From an uncultured Acidobacteriota bacterium (lineage in GTDB: Bacteria > Acidobacteriota > UBA6911), in the NCBI GenBank assembly GCA_963809485.1, contig CAWEJX010000020.1, forward strand, positions 544,001 through 608,000: DNA of 64,000 nt, read 5' to 3'. Of the stretch, positions 61,902 through 64,000 are shown piece after piece. Position numbers and translations under genes: made by a program. The first letter of the stretch is position 1; each line of letters opens with the position of its first letter. Under the pieces are notes generated by a model. It had not been told where the DNA came from. It was given only the letters and a program-made list of their open reading frames with translations, and ran no database searches.

Positions 61902-61941
61902 ATTTCACGATCAGGATTCGTGTCCGCTGTCTTGCCGTCCG

Positions 61942-63102
61942 TTACGGCAGGTTGAGGTGGAGCGTGTAAGTGTATCCGGGCCCGCCGCTTTCATAAAAGT
62001 CAAACACCATTACATAATAGATGCCGTCCGCAGGCAACTGCATCCGAATAAAGGAATCGTCCTGCGGGTAAAGCCCCGGCGCCAGACCGTTCTGATCGTT
62101 GTAGGCCAGATAGCCCACCTGTTGATGGTTCCTGTCGAAAACGCCCAGCACCGGATCCAGGGAGGAATCGGTTCCCTGGGTGTCACAGATTATCGAAATG
62201 ATGTGGTCCTTTTTGCCGTTAAAATAAAAGATGTCCACGTCCCCGGGAACTCCGATCTTTCCTTTAACAATCTGGGATCCCCGGATTAATTGAGCGCTCA
62301 GGTCATAATCGTTCGACTCTTCTTCCTCGATGGCCGTACCGCTCAATACGAAGGGGCCTATAATTGGGCCGCCGTCCGAGGTAATACCGCCGAAGGCCTG
62401 CAGGTCCTGTCGAAAGGCCTGCACTCCAACACCGAGAGGGCTCGAGATGCTGATGCTTCCTGTGAAATTGTCCAGGCCGGGGAACATCCCGGCTTCATGA
62501 AGGTAGGCAGCGAAGTGTTCGCCGGATCTCAGCGGTATTGTGGCAGTGGCACGAATGCTTCCATCGGGATTGATCAGGCTGGCGATCAGGGTTTCAGAGG
62601 TATTATTGTATGCCGCGGGATTGACAACGGCGAGAGAAGTGAGGATTTCCTTGGCTGAATTGATTTCCACCGGAAAAGAAAAGTGTTCGCCCTGCTCCTG
62701 CTGGGGCACTCCCACTTTGGTTGACACAACCCCTCCGCTCTCAAAGCGAAACAGCTGTGAACCGCGAACCGGGCTATAAAAATACGGATAAGTGACCAAG
62801 GCGTAGCCGGTCACCAGGCCGCTGTCGGGAGTGACCTTTATTACCTCTGTGGCGCCGGCGTTCAGGTCGAAAGTATAGCTGGATCCTTTGCCCAGGTTGG
62901 ATTCAACGGAGAGGGCCGCCCCGTTGTTGTCAAAAAAATCGACCCGAATCCCCGACACAATGGAAATACCCTGGTTGGCGAAAAAATATTCGGAAGACCA
63001 TCCCCCGCCTGAAGCAAACTGAGGAAAGACCGCACGGCGCTGCGCAAAGCCAGGCGCAACCAAAGACATGATCAGCAACGTCATCACACAAAATCTTTGC
63101 AT
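61942..63102 (-). CDS. Secreted protein with C-terminal pre-peptidase (PPC) domain
   Basis: Signal peptide, FPQFASGGGW, EEESND..GDVDIFYF..LDPVL..GIYYV. Confidence 0.7.
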   Translation of the reverse strand: MQRFCVMTLLIMSLVAPGFAQRRAVFPQFASGGGWSSEYFFANQGISIVSGIRVDFFDNNGAALSVESNLGKGSSYTFDLNAGATEVIKVTPDSGLVTGYALVTYPYFYSPVRGSQLFRFESGGVVSTKVGVPQQEQGEHFSFPVEINSAKEILTSLAVVNPAAYNNTSETLIASLINPDGSIRATATIPLRSGEHFAAYLHEAGMFPGLDNFTGSISISSPLGVGVQAFRQDLQAFGGITSDGGPIIGPFVLSGTAIEEEESNDYDLSAQLIRGSQIVKGKIGVPGDVDIFYFNGKKDHIISIICDTQGTDSSLDPVLGVFDRNHQQVGYLAYNDQNGLAPGLYPQDDSFIRMQLPADGIYYVMVFDFYESGGPGYTYTLHLNLP

Positions 63103-63329
63103 TTCACATCCCTTCCGTTATCCCCGCGCAGCCGGAATTCATTCGTAGGAAGAACCGGCCGGCGGCCGTTGTCCCGGACGCCGGGAGAGCGGCGCAGCGC
63201 AGCAACGAAGCCGCTACCGCCATAATTGTTGCACGGCATCATCCTGTATCTCCAGTTTTGGTTCAGCTTCTGTATAAGGAGATGCATCGGGGAGCGGGAC
63301 AGGTTCAAATAAAGGTCTTTATGGATGCG

Positions 63330-64000
63330 TTATTTCAGGGTTTCAAACACCGACAGTTTTCGGAGTTGGGCCATTCTTTCAAAGAAGGGGATAGCCCTCC
63401 ACGCGGTGTGGGTGCTTATGAGGAAACTGCCCAGAGCGACGGGGAGCAGCGGCCGCGCGGCGGGGCAATTCAGGCAGGATTTATAGCTTTGCAGATTACC
63501 CTGAATGTGCGCTTCCCTCAAGCGCACCATTCTGTCCGAATTCCATACCTCTTTCAGGGTGCTTCTTCTCAGGTTTCCTATAGCCTCCTCCGGATAGGTG
63601 TAGCAGCATGGAAATACGGTGCCGTCGTAATGAATGTACATCGGCCCGCGCCAGAGCAGATAGCAGGGGCGATGCATCCGCGGCCGGTTCAGATTGTCGC
63701 CCGGGATGGCGCTGCCTTCATTGTGGACTTCGTCCTTTTTGATGCGGACCTCGTCGATGCCTTCCCTGCTCCACATGCGGACCAGCGCCTGACGCTCTTT
63801 GCGGTTTTCTTTCAGCGCCACCATCTGCACGATGCAGAAGATTTTTGACCTCATCGCTTTCTTGACACGGAGGAAAGCGAGGATATTGCCGCGCACAGCG
63901 TCGAAATCAGCCCCCTTTCGGTAAGTTTCAAAAATCTCCCTGCTGGCGCCGTCGAAGGCGAAAACAATGTAGCTCAGTCCCGCTTCAATCAGCCTGCGGC
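63330..64000 (-). CDS. Radical SAM/SPASM domain protein, C-terminal part (5' end outside window)
   Basis: C..LW...YIHYDGTVFPCC...IGNL...LKEVWN...CLNC SPASM pattern. Confidence 0.8.
   Translation of the reverse strand, partial: RRLIEAGLSYIVFAFDGASREIFETYRKGADFDAVRGNILAFLRVKKAMRSKIFCIVQMVALKENRKERQALVRMWSREGIDEVRIKKDEVHNEGSAIPGDNLNRPRMHRPCYLLWRGPMYIHYDGTVFPCCYTYPEEAIGNLRRSTLKEVWNSDRMVRLREAHIQGNLQSYKSCLNCPAARPLLPVALGSFLISTHTAWRAIPFFERMAQLRKLSVFETLK

Overview
A GC-rich bacterial chromosomal segment, most consistent with an anaerobic Acidobacteriota-like lineage (inferred from the Oar-type TonB-dependent receptor, the PPC-domain secreted protein and lpxC). Housekeeping blocks: M1 peptidase, csp, dsbD, murB, lemA/TPM, queD, tRNA-Leu-tig-clpP-clpX-lon-engB-rho, an attenuator-controlled trpEGCFBA operon lacking trpD, lpxC, and a tungsten block (regulator-tupABC, aor, HD protein, two moeA). 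An accessory region at about 22-40 kb carries an MFS transporter, two paralogous secreted tandem-cupin proteins flanking a TonB-dependent receptor, a GntR regulator, a SnoaL-like protein, an FAD/Fe-S/FAD oxidoreductase trio and a corrinoid reductive activator. The most striking signal is non-coding. (i) At least 7 close and 2 diverged copies of a non-autonomous, nested-palindrome element with IS200/IS605-like terminal hairpins, showing nested deletions, loop inversions and compensatory stem changes. (ii) A separate family of inverted 7-mer tandem-array pairs at gene junctions, one a telomere-like (TTAGGGA)7 array bracketing a zinc-ribbon gene and a possible decayed four-helix-bundle gene. All family assignments are from motif recognition, not database searches.
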